A DNA stretch of 64,000 nucleotides, from positions 14,136,001 through 14,200,000 of the forward strand of contig NC_042999.1 in assembly GCF_006345805.1 (NCBI RefSeq). Reading direction: 5' to 3'. Source of the stretch: Octopus sinensis. Its lineage: Eukaryota. The notes under the pieces were generated by a model. That model ran no database searches, was not told the DNA's origin, and saw nothing but the letters and a program-made list of their open reading frames with translations. Position numbers and translations under genes: made by a program. Positions within the stretch are counted from its first letter, which is position 1. Each line of letters starts with the position of its first letter. Below, piece after piece: positions 1 through 12,279 of this stretch.

Positions 1-118
1 CATTGAGAGAATTGTAATTGCTTAGAGGTTGTTGCTGTTGCTGCTAATGATGATGGTGATGATGATGATGAGGATGAGGATGTTGATGATAATGATGATG
101 ATGAGGAGGTTGATGATA

Positions 119-156
<38 letters not shown>

Positions 157-860
157 AAAGAGCAGGAGGAGGAAGAAGATGTTGATGATGTTGATGATGA
201 TGAAGAGTAGGAGGAGGAAGAAGAATGGAGGATGTTGATGATGATGATGATGATGATGATGATGCTGGTGATGATGATGATGATATTGATGATGATGATG
301 ATATTAATGATAATGATGAGGATGTTGATGATGATGATGAAGAGTAGGAGGAGGAAGAAGAAGGGGAGGATGTTGATGATGATGATGATGATGATGATGA
401 TGTTGATGATAATGATGATGATGGTGATGATGAAGAGTAGGCGGAGGAAGTGGAGGAGGATGTTAGTGATGATGATGATGATGATGATGACAATGACTGC
501 CATGATGACGATGATGTTAATGTTGAAGATGACGACAACGATGGTGCAGATGATGCTGATGCTGATGATGAGGAGGAGGATAATGCTGCTGATGATAATT
601 GATGATTATGACAATGTGTAAGAGGAGGAAGAGCCGATGATGATGATGATGTGATGATGATGATGATGATATCAATGATGATGATAGCTTCAGTGACACT
701 GACAATGATATTGATGATGATGATGATGATGACGATGACGACGATGATGAGGGTGATAATGATGATGATGATAACAACAATGGTGCTGACGATGATGGTA
801 ACAATGACAACAGCAATGACAAAGAATGACGATTATTATGACGAAATGACGACAAGGAAG
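1..860. repeat. Degenerate (ATG/GAT)n trinucleotide field with GAG/GAA interruptions
   Basis: Continuous gatgatgat repeats; the poly-Met/poly-Ser ORFs are their translations. Confidence 0.95.
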
Positions 861-869
861 ATTACGATA

Positions 870-1165
870 ATCATGCTGCTGCTGCTGCCACTGCTGCTGC
901 CGCTGCTGCCACTGTTAGTGCTGCCGCCGCTTCTGCTGCTGTCGCTTCCATTGCTGCTGCTGCCACGACTGCTGCTGCTGCTGCTGCTGCCACTGCTGCT
1001 GCTGTTGCTGCTGCAGCTACTATTTCTGCTTCCGCTGCTGCTGCTCCTGCCGCTGCTCCCACTGCTGCCATTTCTGTCGCTGCTGCTGCTGCTGCTGCTA
1101 CCATTTCTGTCACTGCTGCCACTGCCGCTGCTGCTGATGCTGCTGTTGCAACTACTGCTGCTGCT
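870..1165. repeat. Degenerate (CTG/GCT)n tract
   Basis: gctgctgctgcc... repeats give poly-Leu/poly-Ala ORFs. Confidence 0.9.
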
Positions 1166-1938
1166 GATGATGATGATGAATATGATGAGGAAGAGGTGAA
1201 GGATGATGAGGATGCAGCATAGGTAGATACCTCATAACATTCCAGCTTAGATTCTAGATCGTTATTGCAGCAAGAAATTAAGCAAAGGAGAAATAAAAAA
1301 ACTAAAAGACTAAAAAAGAAAAGCAAACAAGAAAAGATACAAGCGAAAAAAAAAATAAGGAAAGAAAACACGAAAAAATGAAGCTAGTAATTTATCATCT
1401 TAGTATATTCTGTTGGGAAACAGAATACCATTCCTATTTCATGATAACATGAGTAATTGGTTGGTTCGTTAGTTGGGTAGATGATTAGTGGGTTGGTAAG
1501 ATTGGTTAACATTAGTTCATACAATAGCTAAGTTAGTATTAGGCTTGAGTATATTTAATGAAAGAGACAGTTTAATATTAACATATTTGATACATTAGCA
1601 TGATTAATAATATTACTTTCAAATTAAAGAGGTGAGCTGGTAGGATCGTTAGCATGCTGGGCAAAATGCTTAGCGGCATTTCGTCCGTGTCTAAGTTCTG
1701 AGTTGAAATCCTGCTGAGGTTGACTTTGCTTTTCAAACTTTTGGGGTTGATAAAATAAGTACCAGTTACGCATTGGGTCGATGTAATTGACTTACTCCCT
1801 CACCAAAATTACTGGATTTGCACCAAAATTTGAAGCCAATATAAGTTTCAAATATTGGCACAAGGCCAGCAATTTTGAGGGAAGGGAGATAAGTTGATTA
1901 CATCGACCCCAGTACTCAAGTGGTATTTATTTAGTTGA

Positions 1939-2170
1939 AGGTGGTGAGCTGGCAGAAACGTTAGCGCGCCTGGTGAAATGCTTAGCGGTATTTTGTCTGC
2001 CGCATCGTTCTGAGTTCAAATTACACCGAGGTCGACTTTGCCTTTCATCCTTTCAGGGTTGATTAAATAAGTACCAGTTATGCACTGGGGTCGATATAAT
2101 CGACTTAATATCTCTGTCTGTCCTTGTATGTCCCCTCTGCGTGTAGTCCCTTGTGGGTAGTAAAGAAATA
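1939..2170 (+). mobile_element. tRNA-derived SINE family A (A1 tail), inserted into an antisense family A copy
   Basis: A-box tggcagaaacgttag, B-box gagttcaaatt, tail ...gtgggtagtaaagaaata; perfect 17-bp TSD ggtatttatttagttga at 1922-1938 and 2171-2187. Confidence 0.9.
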
Positions 2171-2295
2171 GGTATTTATTTAGTTGATCCTGAAGGGATG
2201 GAAAGCAAAGTCGGCCTTGGTGGAATATGAACTCACAATGTAAAGGCAGACAAAATGCTGCCAAGCGTTTTGCCTGGTGTGCTAACGATTCTGCC

Positions 2296-2578
2296 GTGGA
2301 GGCGCAATGGCCCAGTGGTCAGGGCAGCGGAGTCGCGGTCATAGGACCGCAGTTTCGATTCCCAGACTGGGCGTTATGAGTGTTTATTGAGCGAAAACAC
2401 CTAAAGCTCCACGATGCTCCGGCAGGGGATGGTGGTGATCCCTGCTGTACTCTTTCGCCACAACTTTCTCTCACTCTTTCTTCCTGTTTCTATTGTACCT
2501 GTATTTCAAGGGGCTGGCCTTGTCACTCTCTGTGTCACGCTGAATATCCCCGAGAACTACGTTAAGGGTACACGATTC
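2296..2578 (+). mobile_element. tRNA(Arg)-derived SINE family C (OR-like), 3' truncated
   Basis: Head ggaggcgcaatggcccagtgg...gtttcgattccc; near-identical copies at 55468 and 60686. Confidence 0.85.
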
Positions 2579-2828
2579 AGCCAGCTTTCTGTCTTAACAT
2601 GGTTAAGAACATTAGCATTGATATTTAATACAGAGTGTGATCAAAAAGTTAATTAGCAGTATTTATGCATTAAAGAAAACAAACAAATAAACAATGTTTA
2701 TTCATGATCATCATCATGATCATCATTATCATGATCATCATTATCATGATCATCATTATCATGATCATCAGCATCTTCGTCACACATGCACAAACAAATA
2801 TACACACACTGAAAGAAATATATAGATG

Positions 2829-3240
2829 TGGCGAGCTGGCAGAAATGTTAGCACGCCGGATGAAATGCTTTGTGGTATTTCGTCTGCTGTTACATTCTGA
2901 GTTCAAATTCTGCCAAGGTCGACTTTGCCTTTCATCCATTTGAGGTCGATTAAATAGGTACCAGTTACGCACTGGGGTCCATATAATCGACTTAATCCAT
3001 TTGTCTGTTCTTGTTTGTCCTCTCTGTATTTAGCCCCTTGTGGGTAGTAAAGAAATAGGTAATTAGTCTGCTGTTACATTCTGAGTTCAAATTCTGCCAA
3101 GGTCGACTTTGCCTTTCATCCTTTTGGGTTGATTGAATAGGTACCAGTTATGCACTGGGCTCGATCTAATCGACTTAATCCCTTTGTCTGTCCTTGTTTG
3201 TCCCCTCTGTGTTTAGCCCCTTGTGGGCAATAAAGAAATA
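2829..3240 (+). mobile_element. SINE family A head-to-tail dimer
   Basis: Full unit, then a second unit restarting at ggta..; flanks aagaaatat(a/g)tagatg look like a TSD. Confidence 0.85.
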
Positions 3241-3480
3241 AGAAATATGTAGATGCACGCATGCATACAATGAAGCACACATACATATGTAGAAACATAC
3301 ATAGGTGCAGGAGTGGCAGTGTGGTAAGAAGTTTGCTTGTTAATCACATAATTTCAGGTTCAGGCCCACTGTGTGGCACCTTGGGCAAATACCTTCTACT
3401 GTAGTCTGAGGCTGACCAAAGCTTTGTGAGTGGATTTGGTAGATGGAAACTGAAAGAAGCCCATCATGGATATATATATA

Positions 3481-3866
3481 GAATCGAAATCGATCAATGG
3501 AAATTGCAGATGTGTTACCAGTGCCGGTGGCATGTAAGAGAACCTTCCGTTTCGCGACCGTTGCCAGCACCGCCCCGTTTCGTGTCCGTTGCCAGCCTCG
3601 CCAGGCCCTCGTGCTGGTGGCACATAAAAAGCACCATCCGTTTGTGGCCGTTTGCCAGCTCTGCCTGACACCAGTGCGGGTGGCACGTAAAAAGCACCCA
3701 CTACACTCACGGAGTGGTTGGCGTTAGGAAGGGCATCCAGCCGTAGAAACACTGCCAGATTTGACTGGGCCTGATGAAGCCTTCTGGCTTCACAGACCCC
3801 AGTAGAACCGTCCAACCCATGCTAGCATGGAAAACGGACGCTAAACGATGATGATGATGATGATGA
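3481..3866 (+). mobile_element. RTE LINE 3'UTR fragment with ~60-bp units and (GAT)n tail
   Basis: Ends ...catgctagcatggaaaacggacgctaaacgatgatgat, as at 10740-10856. Confidence 0.85.
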
Positions 3867-3879
3867 TATATATATAATA

Positions 3880-4480
3880 TCTATAAGATTGAAGTTTTCT
3901 TTGTGTGTGTGTGTGTAAAAAATTTAATGTACCTCAATAACTTCTACATCTTTCATTCGATTTCTTTAAAATTTTATACACAGTGCTTCATATCCCAGAC
4001 CTGAACATAGGCTACATAGATCTTTTAAAAATCAATATTGTGGCCACTAGTGCAATGAGAAATCAACAATAGATGATTCCTATTCATTTGCATTAATCAA
4101 CTGTTTTATAATCTGTAGGGTCTTCCATACATTTTTAATCTTTTTATAAAAGTGAACGGATTTTGTCTATTTATTTCCACTGTCCACCAATGACAGTGAT
4201 TAAATTGACTAAGAATACTGAACACATACATATTCACAATTCTCAACCGATTTTCACCAGACTTTACATACACATTACCTATGTTCCAAGGATGGTCATG
4301 CACTAAACATTTTGCCCAGAGCTCCTGCATAAATGGACTTAAATGGACATAGATTTTTTGTATGTAGGTTCTTCCATATTTTTTCGATTATTTTATCGAA
4401 GTGAAAGGATTTTGTCTATTTATTTCGACTGTCCACCTGTCACAGTGATTAAATTGACTAGGAACACTGTACGCGATGAA
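3880..4480 (+). mobile_element. Possible non-autonomous Helitron-like element with internal ~250-bp-period duplication
   Basis: Begins a|tctataagattgaag then a (TG)n tract, resembling Helitron 5' ends; 4115-4225 is repeated at 4363-4480. No 3' hairpin/CTAG end found. Confidence 0.3.
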
Positions 4481-6099
4481 TATCCAATACCAAACAATCT
4501 TAAACTCCATATTTAAACTACATTAAACTGGCAAGCTTACCTTTACCTATTCTGAGTTACTTGAAAGGTGATGGTCTCTTCCTTCTCTTCTATTTGATGA
4601 TACCTTTGTTTACCTACGAATGCTTTGTTTCACTTTAAAGATGCTTATTTACCCATCCATTATGATATTTCGACTGTTGTCCATTGTTCCAAATACGTTT
4701 TAGCATTGTTGTTCTGGACATTTTTTAAACAATCACATATGATTTGTCCCAAAGAGTCAACCTTTAAGTAAGAGTCTTGCTTCCACTAGCGAAAGCTATA
4801 TGTATCTCTCAGAAATTCCATACCAATTTAACTTCATGTGGCATTCGCTGTTAGTTTATACACAGCCTCTATGGTAAGACAGAATAAAGGGGCTTCTGTT
4901 AGCTTATCTCTCTGAAAAAATAACTCCTTTCTCTATTGGCAAGAAATCTTGAAATAAAACTGAACAATGACATATATATATGCATGCATACATACATACA
5001 TATGTAAATACATACATACATGCATTCATGCATACATACATATACAGGTTTCTTTCCATTTCTGTCTACCAGATCCACTCACAAGGCTTTAGTTGTCCTT
5101 GGGTTTCAAGCTGGCAGAGACGTTAGCACGCCGGGCGAAGTGCTTCACGCTATTTCGCCTGTCGCTACGTTCTGAGTTGAAATTCCGCCGAAATCGACTT
5201 TGCCTTTCATCCTTTCGGGGTCGATAAATTAAGTACCAGTTATGCACTGGGGTCGATGTAATCGACTTAATCCGTTTGTCTGTCCTTGTTTGTCCCCTCT
5301 GTGTTTAGCCCCTTGTGGTTCATAAAGAAATATATAATAGAAGACACTTGCCTAAAGTGCCTTGCAGTGGGGATTGAACCTGGAACAATGCGGTGGCAAA
5401 GCAAACCTCTTACCACACTGCCACATCTTCTAAGTAAATATACAAATTTGAAAATTGGATGATGTTGAAAAATAGAATTTGCTTGTTGCACAAATAAGCC
5501 CAAGATGCCAACCTGATAAGGAAACAATAGTTAATATCTTTAATGCTGGGAGTATTATAATGCAAACCAAAAATAGCCATGAACCTTTGAAAACACCTGC
5601 TTCATTACTCAAGGTGAAGCAGACCTGTAACAAAGGACTGGCTGACAGGTCGATTAAAATATGTTTTTCTCATTAATATATTTGTAATTAAATCATTCAA
5701 TTTTAATTGAATTAGGTACAGATATAGCTCTGTGGTAAGATGTTTGCTTTCTGGTGGCATGGTTTTTGGGTTCAGTCCTGTTCTGTGGCACCTTAGGGTA
5801 TTGTCTTCTACTATAGCCCAGGGCTGATCAAAACCTTGTGTGGGGATTTGGCAGGCATAAAATGAAACAAACCTGTCAGGAGGCACAGGTGTTGGGATGC
5901 ACAGGTGTGGGGAGGCACAGGCAAGGGGAGGCACAGGTGTGGAGAGGCACAGGGAAGGCTGTGTGGTAAGAAGCTTGCTTCGCAACCACATGGTCCTGGC
6001 TTCAGCCTCCCAACATGGCTACTTCAGCAACTCATAATGCAAAGACAGATGAAATGCAACTAAGTATCTTGTCCAAAATGCTAATGATTCTGCCAGCTT

Positions 6100-6420
6100 G
6101 CTGTCTAATTCTGTTGAATATCAACTGCTCCAAGATGATGGTAGCAGGAAGAAAAAAGAAAAAGAAAACTTGAAAGAATGGAATTGTAGAGTTAACTATT
6201 TGGAGAGAAAAGCCTTGATGCAGTGGTTAATGTAAAGCCAAGTAGAGGTGATGGTTGTAGTAGTGCGGAGAACAAAAAGTGGAGAGATGAATAAGTCAAC
6301 AGCTAGCTTCTCAGAACAGAGGACATTGTAGTAGCAGTGCCAAAAGAAGAGTGAGTGAATGACAGCCTGTCTGTACACCTGAGATTGGATTGTGTTCTTA
6401 AGCAAAATCATATCAACCAG
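6100..6420 (-). pseudogene. Degenerate CR1/L2-type LINE ORF2 C-terminal fragment
   Basis: HSLFFWHCYYNVLCSEKLAVDLFISPLFVLRTT resembles the SLSLFYRYY.G.CS.EL motif of CR1-group ORF2 C-termini (recalled motif). Confidence 0.5.
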
Positions 6421-6479
6421 TTAATTTTTTTTAATGTCAACCCATCCAGGACCGCCTTTGGTTTCATGATACAAATTCG

Positions 6480-7055
6480 GCAAGTCCAAGTGAGACCATA
6501 ACCTCGTGGCCTATGCCAGGGGTGTAACCAGCCCACTTATGTGTACCTTTCCTTCATTGAACACTAAACTCTGTTTGCAAAGACCTGTTGAGGCAAGTAA
6601 AATCAAAATCAAATTCGATGAGTGGCACCCGTGCTAGTGGAGCACTAAGAGTACCATACAAGTGTGATCATTGCCAGAGCAACAAGCTGGCTTCCATGCT
6701 GGTGGCACATAAAAAGCACCATTCAAGCATGATCATTAGTGCTGGTGGCATGTGAAAAAACATTCGAGCGAGGTCATTACCAGTGCCACTGGACTGGCTC
6801 CTGTGCAGGTGGAACATAAAAAGCACCATTTGAGCATGGCTGTTGCCAGTGCTGCCTGACTAGCCCTCTGGTTGGTGACACGTAAAAGTACCCACTACAT
6901 TTGCGGCGGTGTTGGCGTTAGGAAGGGCATCCAGCTGTAGAAACTCTGCCAGATCATATTGGAGTCTGGTGCAGCCATCTGGTTCGCTAGACCTCAGTCA
7001 AATCGTCTAACCCATGCTAGCATGGAAAGCGGACGTTAAACGATGATGATGATGA
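6480..7055 (+). mobile_element. RTE LINE 3'UTR, decayed, with about 5 tandem units
   Basis: ggcaagtccaagtgagac matches 10080 just after the RTE ORF; same (GAT)n tail. Confidence 0.8.
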
Positions 7056-7565
7056 TGATGATGATGGTGATTGTGATGAAAGGGATCAAAACTGAAATTT
7101 CACATTAAAATTTCATGATAATTTCTGTTTCAAATGCAAGCTTAATAATGACAAAATTATTTTACTAAATTATTCATTATCTTCAAAATCATTTGAAAAC
7201 AGTGTATTTGACAGAAATATAGTGACAATGTTATTAATACAAGGTACTGTCAACTTCAATTAATTTTAAAGGTTTTAATGAGATGTAGTTCAGAATGTTT
7301 TGATACCAACTTGCCTGAGACCGCTCCTGGGTCTTTGACACTTGCCCACGGTGCCATGCAGTGGGATTGAACCCGGAACCATGTGGTTGGTGAGCAAGCT
7401 ACTTACCACACAGCCACTCCTACACCTCTGTTTTTATACTTTACAAAGTCAGTTCCAAATTCTCAAGTCATTTTGAGCATCCTGTCATTATTCAATCACC
7501 AGACTGTCCATCAAACAAAATGCTTAGCAGCATTTCGTCTGGCCTTTATGTTTTGAGCTGAAATT

Positions 7566-7985
7566 CGTATTTCTTTACTGCCCACAAGGGGCTACACACA
7601 GAGGGGACAAACAAGGACAGACAAATGGATTAAGTCGATTATATAAACCCCAGTGCGTAACTAGTACTTATTTAATCGACCCCGAAAGGATGAAAGGCAA
7701 AGTGAACCTTGCTGGAATTTGAACTCACAACGTAGCGGCAGACGAAATACCTATTTCTTTACTACCTACAAGGAGCTAAACATAGAGAGGACAAACAAGG
7801 ACAGATAAACGGATTAAGTCGATTATATCGACCCCAGTGCATAACTGGTACTTAATTTATTGACCCCGAAAGGATGAAAGGCAAAGTTGACCTCGGCGGA
7901 ATTTGAACTCAGAACGTAGCGGCAGATGAAATACCGCTAAGCATTTCACCCAGTGTGCTAACATTTCTGCCAGCTCGCCGCCTTC
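7566..7985 (-). mobile_element. SINE family A multimer
   Basis: Tail/body repeated; junction gacgaaatacctatttcttt at about 7741-7760. Confidence 0.85.
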
Positions 7986-8614
7986 TGCCAGGTTCAACTT
8001 TACCTTTCACTTTTCCATTGTTAATAAAACAAATATCAGCCAAGTGCTGAGATTGATGTTATCAATTTACATCCTTCCCTTAAAATTTCGAGCCTTGTGC
8101 CAAATTTGAAACCATTTTGTATCTATTAAGGTGGCAAACTGGTGGAATTGTTAACACAAAAGACAAAATATTAAACGGTATTTCATTGTCTTTACATTCT
8201 GAGTTCAAATTCCACTGAGGTCACCTTTGCCTTTCATCCCTTCAGGGTCATTAAAATTAGTGCCATTTGAGTATTGAGTATGCTGTAATGGACTAGCACA
8301 CTCGCAGCAAATTCCAAGCCTTGTGCTTACAGCAGAAAGGATTGTTGTTGTTATTATTAAGGTGATAAGCTAACAGAATTGCTAACATACCAGGCAAAAT
8401 TGTTGGTGTTAACTCATCTATCTTTACATCTGAGTTCAAATCCTTTCAAGTTTGACTTTGTCTTTCATCCTTTCAGAGTTAATAGAATAAGAACCAGACA
8501 AGTACTGGGGGCTATCTAATTGACTCCCCTCTCCCCTCAAAATCTGCTGGCTCTGCACCAAAATTTGATACCATTTTATTATTATTATCATTCTTCTTCT
8601 TATTATTATTATTA

Positions 8615-8663
<49 letters not shown>

Positions 8664-8689
8664 CATTATTATCATTATTACTATAATCA

Positions 8690-9290
8690 AGGTGGTGAGC
8701 TGGCAGAATTGTTAGCACGCTAGGCGAAATGCTTAGCGGTATTTCGTCTGCCACTACGTTCTGAGTTCAAATTCCGCCAAAGTCGACTTTGCCTTTTATC
8801 CTTTCGGGGTCGATTAAATAGGTACTAGTTACGCACTGGGGTCGATATAATCAACTTAATCCATTTGTCTGTCCTTGTTTCTCCCCTCTGTGTTTAGCCC
8901 CTTGTGGGTAGTAAACAAATAGGTATTTCATCCATTCTGCCCAGGTCAATTTTGCCTTTCATCCTCTCGGGGTCGATAAATTAAGTAGCAGTTGTGTACT
9001 GAGGTTGATCTAATCGACTGGCCCCCTCCCATAAAATTTCAGGTCTTGTGCCTAGAGTAGAAAAGAATTGTTAGCCCACTGGACGAAATGCTTAGCAGTA
9101 TTTCGTCCGTGCTTATTTCATCTGCTGTTACGTTCTGAGTTCAAATTCTGCAGAGGTCGACTTTGCCTTTCATCCTTTCGGGGTCGATTAAAAAAGTACC
9201 AGTTATGCCCTTGAGTCGATGTAATCAACTTAATCCCTTTATCTGTCCCTATCTGTCCTTTCTATGTTTAGCCCCCTGTGGGCAATTAAG
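8690..9290 (+). mobile_element. SINE family A cluster (A1 + partial A2 + A1)
   Basis: Consensus A body; junction aaataggtatttc at about 8917-8929. Confidence 0.85.
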
Positions 9291-9658
9291 AAGTAAATAT
9301 ATTAACCAGTGTGTACTTTATTTCAGACACTGAAGTATGTACTTGGCATATGTACTTTGACAGTGACTGCTGAAAGATTTCGTTTTTAACTTATTACTCC
9401 ATTGTTGGAATCTTGATTGTATCTGTCTGCCTGTCTATCTCAGCATCTTCCCATCCATCAGCATACCTGTCTACCTGTCTGCACAGTCAATTATTTCATA
9501 TTTACTTACATCTCTATTCATCCATCCATTTGAGGATGACAAAAGTGATCTGTCTGTCTATCTGCCAGTATGTCTGTCCGCCCGTCTGTCTGTATCACTT
9601 TTTCTCTCTATTTCTCTCTCTCTCTCTTTCTCTCTCTCTCAATCAATCAATCTATCTG

Positions 9659-9729
<71 letters not shown>

Positions 9730-9733
9730 GTCT

Positions 9734-10856
9734 ATGCGTAAGCTCGCGAGAAATGAAGCTAGTATGCTCCGTTGGATGTGTAATGTCAGTGTTCATAGTC
9801 GACAGAGTGTAAGTACCTTGAGAGAAAAGTTGGACCTAAGAGGAATCAGATGTTGTGTGCAAGAGAGACGATTGCGCTGGTATGGTCATGTGGTGAGAAT
9901 GGATGAAGATAGGTGTGTGAAAAAGTGCCACACCCTGGCAGTTGAGGGGACCTGTGGAAGAGGTAGACCCAGGAAAACCTGGGTCGAGGTGGTGAAGCAC
10001 GACCTTCGAACTCTAGGTCTCACCAAGGAATGACCAGAGACCGAGACCTATGGAAGTATGCTGTGCGTGAGAAGACCCGGCAAGACCAGTGAGAACAATC
10101 AAAATCAAATCATATATCAGAAAGCAGGGGTTAAGTGACCCATCTGTTCGTGTCCGCTGTCAGCCTCGTCTGGCACCTGTGCCGGTGATACGTAAAAGCA
10201 CCATTCGCTCATGGCCATTTGCCAGCTCTGCCTGGCCCCGTGTCGGTGGCACGTAAAAGCACCATCCGTTCATGGCCGTTTGCCAGCTCTGTCTGGCCCC
10301 CGTGCCGGTGACACGTAAAAGCACCGTCCGCTCATGGCCGTTTGCCAGCTCTGTCTGGCAACCGTGTCGGTGGCACGTAAAAGCACCATCCATTCGCGTC
10401 CGTTGCCAGCCTCGGCTGGCCCCCATGCCGGTGACACGTAAAAGCACCGTCCGTTCGTGGCCGGTTGCCAGCTCTGTCTGGCCCCGTGTCGGTGGCACGT
10501 AAAAGCATCATCCATTCGTGTCCGTTTTCAGCATCGCCTGGCCCCGTGTCGGTGGCACATAAAAGCACCATCCGTTCATGTCCGTTGCCAGCATCGCCTG
10601 GCCCCGTGCCGGTGACACGTAAAAGCACCATCCGTTCGTGGCCGTTCGCCAGCTCTGTCTGGCACCTGTGCAGGTGGCATGTAAAAAACACCCACTACAC
10701 TCGTGGAGTTGTTGGCGTTAGGAAGGGCATCCAGCCGTAGAAACACTGCCAGATCTGACTGGGCCTGACGAAGCCTTCCAGCTTCACAGACCCCAGTTGA
10801 CCCGTCCAACCCATGCTAGAATGGAAAACGGACGCTAAACGATGATGATGATGATG
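9734..10856 (+). mobile_element. 5'-truncated RTE-clade LINE: ORF2 C-terminus, 3'UTR array and (GAT)n tail
   Basis: MLRWMCNV...RRLRWYGHVVRM...GRGRPRKTW is a typical RTE ORF2 C-terminus; the 5' end abuts a (TATC)n tract. Confidence 0.9.
10140..10690 (+). repeat. Nine ~61-bp tandem units in the RTE 3'UTR
   Basis: taaaagcacc motif recurs at about 10193, 10255, 10316, 10378, 10439, 10499, 10559, 10619 and 10681. Confidence 0.9.
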
Positions 10857-10958
10857 ATATATATATGTATCTATATATATATATATATATTTGTCTCTGT
10901 CTATCTGTCTATCTGTCTGTCTGTCTGTCTAGCTATCTGTCTCTCCATCCATCCATCC

Positions 10959-10995
<37 letters not shown>

Positions 10996-10999
10996 ATAT

Positions 11000-11034
<35 letters not shown>

Positions 11035-12279
11035 CTTCTGTGTATGTTTGTGTGCATGTGTTTTTGCGTGTATGCTTATGATGAGATCACGTGATTGTTG
11101 TGAGTAAGCATTACTGTTGTTCAAGCAATGTTGTTCATTTCCAGTCTACCATGGAAAACATGTCTGGTCATGGGTCAAATTTTACATCCCTAGGAAATAT
11201 GTGAGGATTGGCAACAGGAAGGGCATCAGATGAGAAAATCTGTCTCATAGAAAGATGGATGCTTAACCCTTTAGTATCGATTTGGCAGACAGAAACTGAA
11301 AGAAACCCGTCGTATATATATGCTATATATATATATATATGTGCGTGTATATGTTTGTGTGTCTGTGTTTGTCTCCCCCAACATCGCTTGACAACTGATG
11401 CTGGTGTGTTTGCATCCCTGTAACTTAGTGGTTCGACGAAAGAGACTGATGGAATAAGTACTAGGCTTACAAAGAATAAGTCCTGGGGTCGATTTGCTCA
11501 ACTAAAGGCAGTGCTCCAGCATGGTCGCAGTCAAATGACTGAAACAAGTAAAAGAGTAAAAGAGAACTTACAAAAATACCCTGTTGTTGATGTTGAAATT
11601 CCAATGGATCTTGTTTAGAAAACAATTCTTTCTCTATTGGCAAGAAATCTTGAAATAAAACTGAACAATGACACACATACATATATATGTATGTAACGAT
11701 GTTATGATGAAAAATATTCACCCAAGACGCCACACAGTGAGATTGAACCTGAAGCAATGTAGTGGCAAAGTGAGATTTTCAAACACACAGCCATGCCTTT
11801 GAAAACATCACAAAGATAATGAAGAATGCGAGAACGAAAATGAAGCACAGCAACAAGGGAAACTGAATTTATGTCACAGACTTTGTTCCAATGACTGTGA
11901 GATTTACGTCTACTCTACAATTCTTGCATCAATAATGCCAAACTTACCGATACTTGATTAGGAATCCAGGCAGTCTTAATAAACAAAACTTCTTTAGAAC
12001 TTTCACATACTTACAGAATAAGATGTCCAAAGAAGACAAAAAAAGAACGGAACAGCATGTAATTTTGTCTGCAGAATTTTTCACTCAAACTGAATCCTGC
12101 AAGTGAAATTTTAGACTATTTCACAATTTACTGACATCAGAGCAGTTAGTTTCTTTCTTTTCTTTTTCCTTTTTTTTTTTTGGTATTTTTGTACTTTTGT
12201 AGTTTTGTCTGTGTCTATTTTTATTGTTGTTCTTCATCCATACTAATTTGCAGGAGTGGAAGCGAAATAAAAGGAGACA

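Noticed and set aside
29-1371. Long poly-Met/Ser/Leu/Ala ORFs
   Set aside because: Translations of (ATG)n and (CTG)n tracts, open in several frames on both strands.
3765-3800. Hammerhead at ctgatgaagccttctggcttc
   Set aside because: A hairpin is present but no GAAA core follows, and most sister copies lack CUGAUGA.
10140-10690. CRISPR-like repeat array
   Set aside because: The inter-repeat segments are homologous to each other rather than unique spacers; the array lies in a LINE 3'UTR of a eukaryote, with no cas genes.
12015-12096. Minus-strand exon-like segment (GFSLSEKFCRQNYMLFRSFFVFFGHLIL) with AG/GTAAGT ends
   Set aside because: Phase does not fit the neighbouring candidate exon and the next would-be intron is only 40 nt; not supportable without RNA data.
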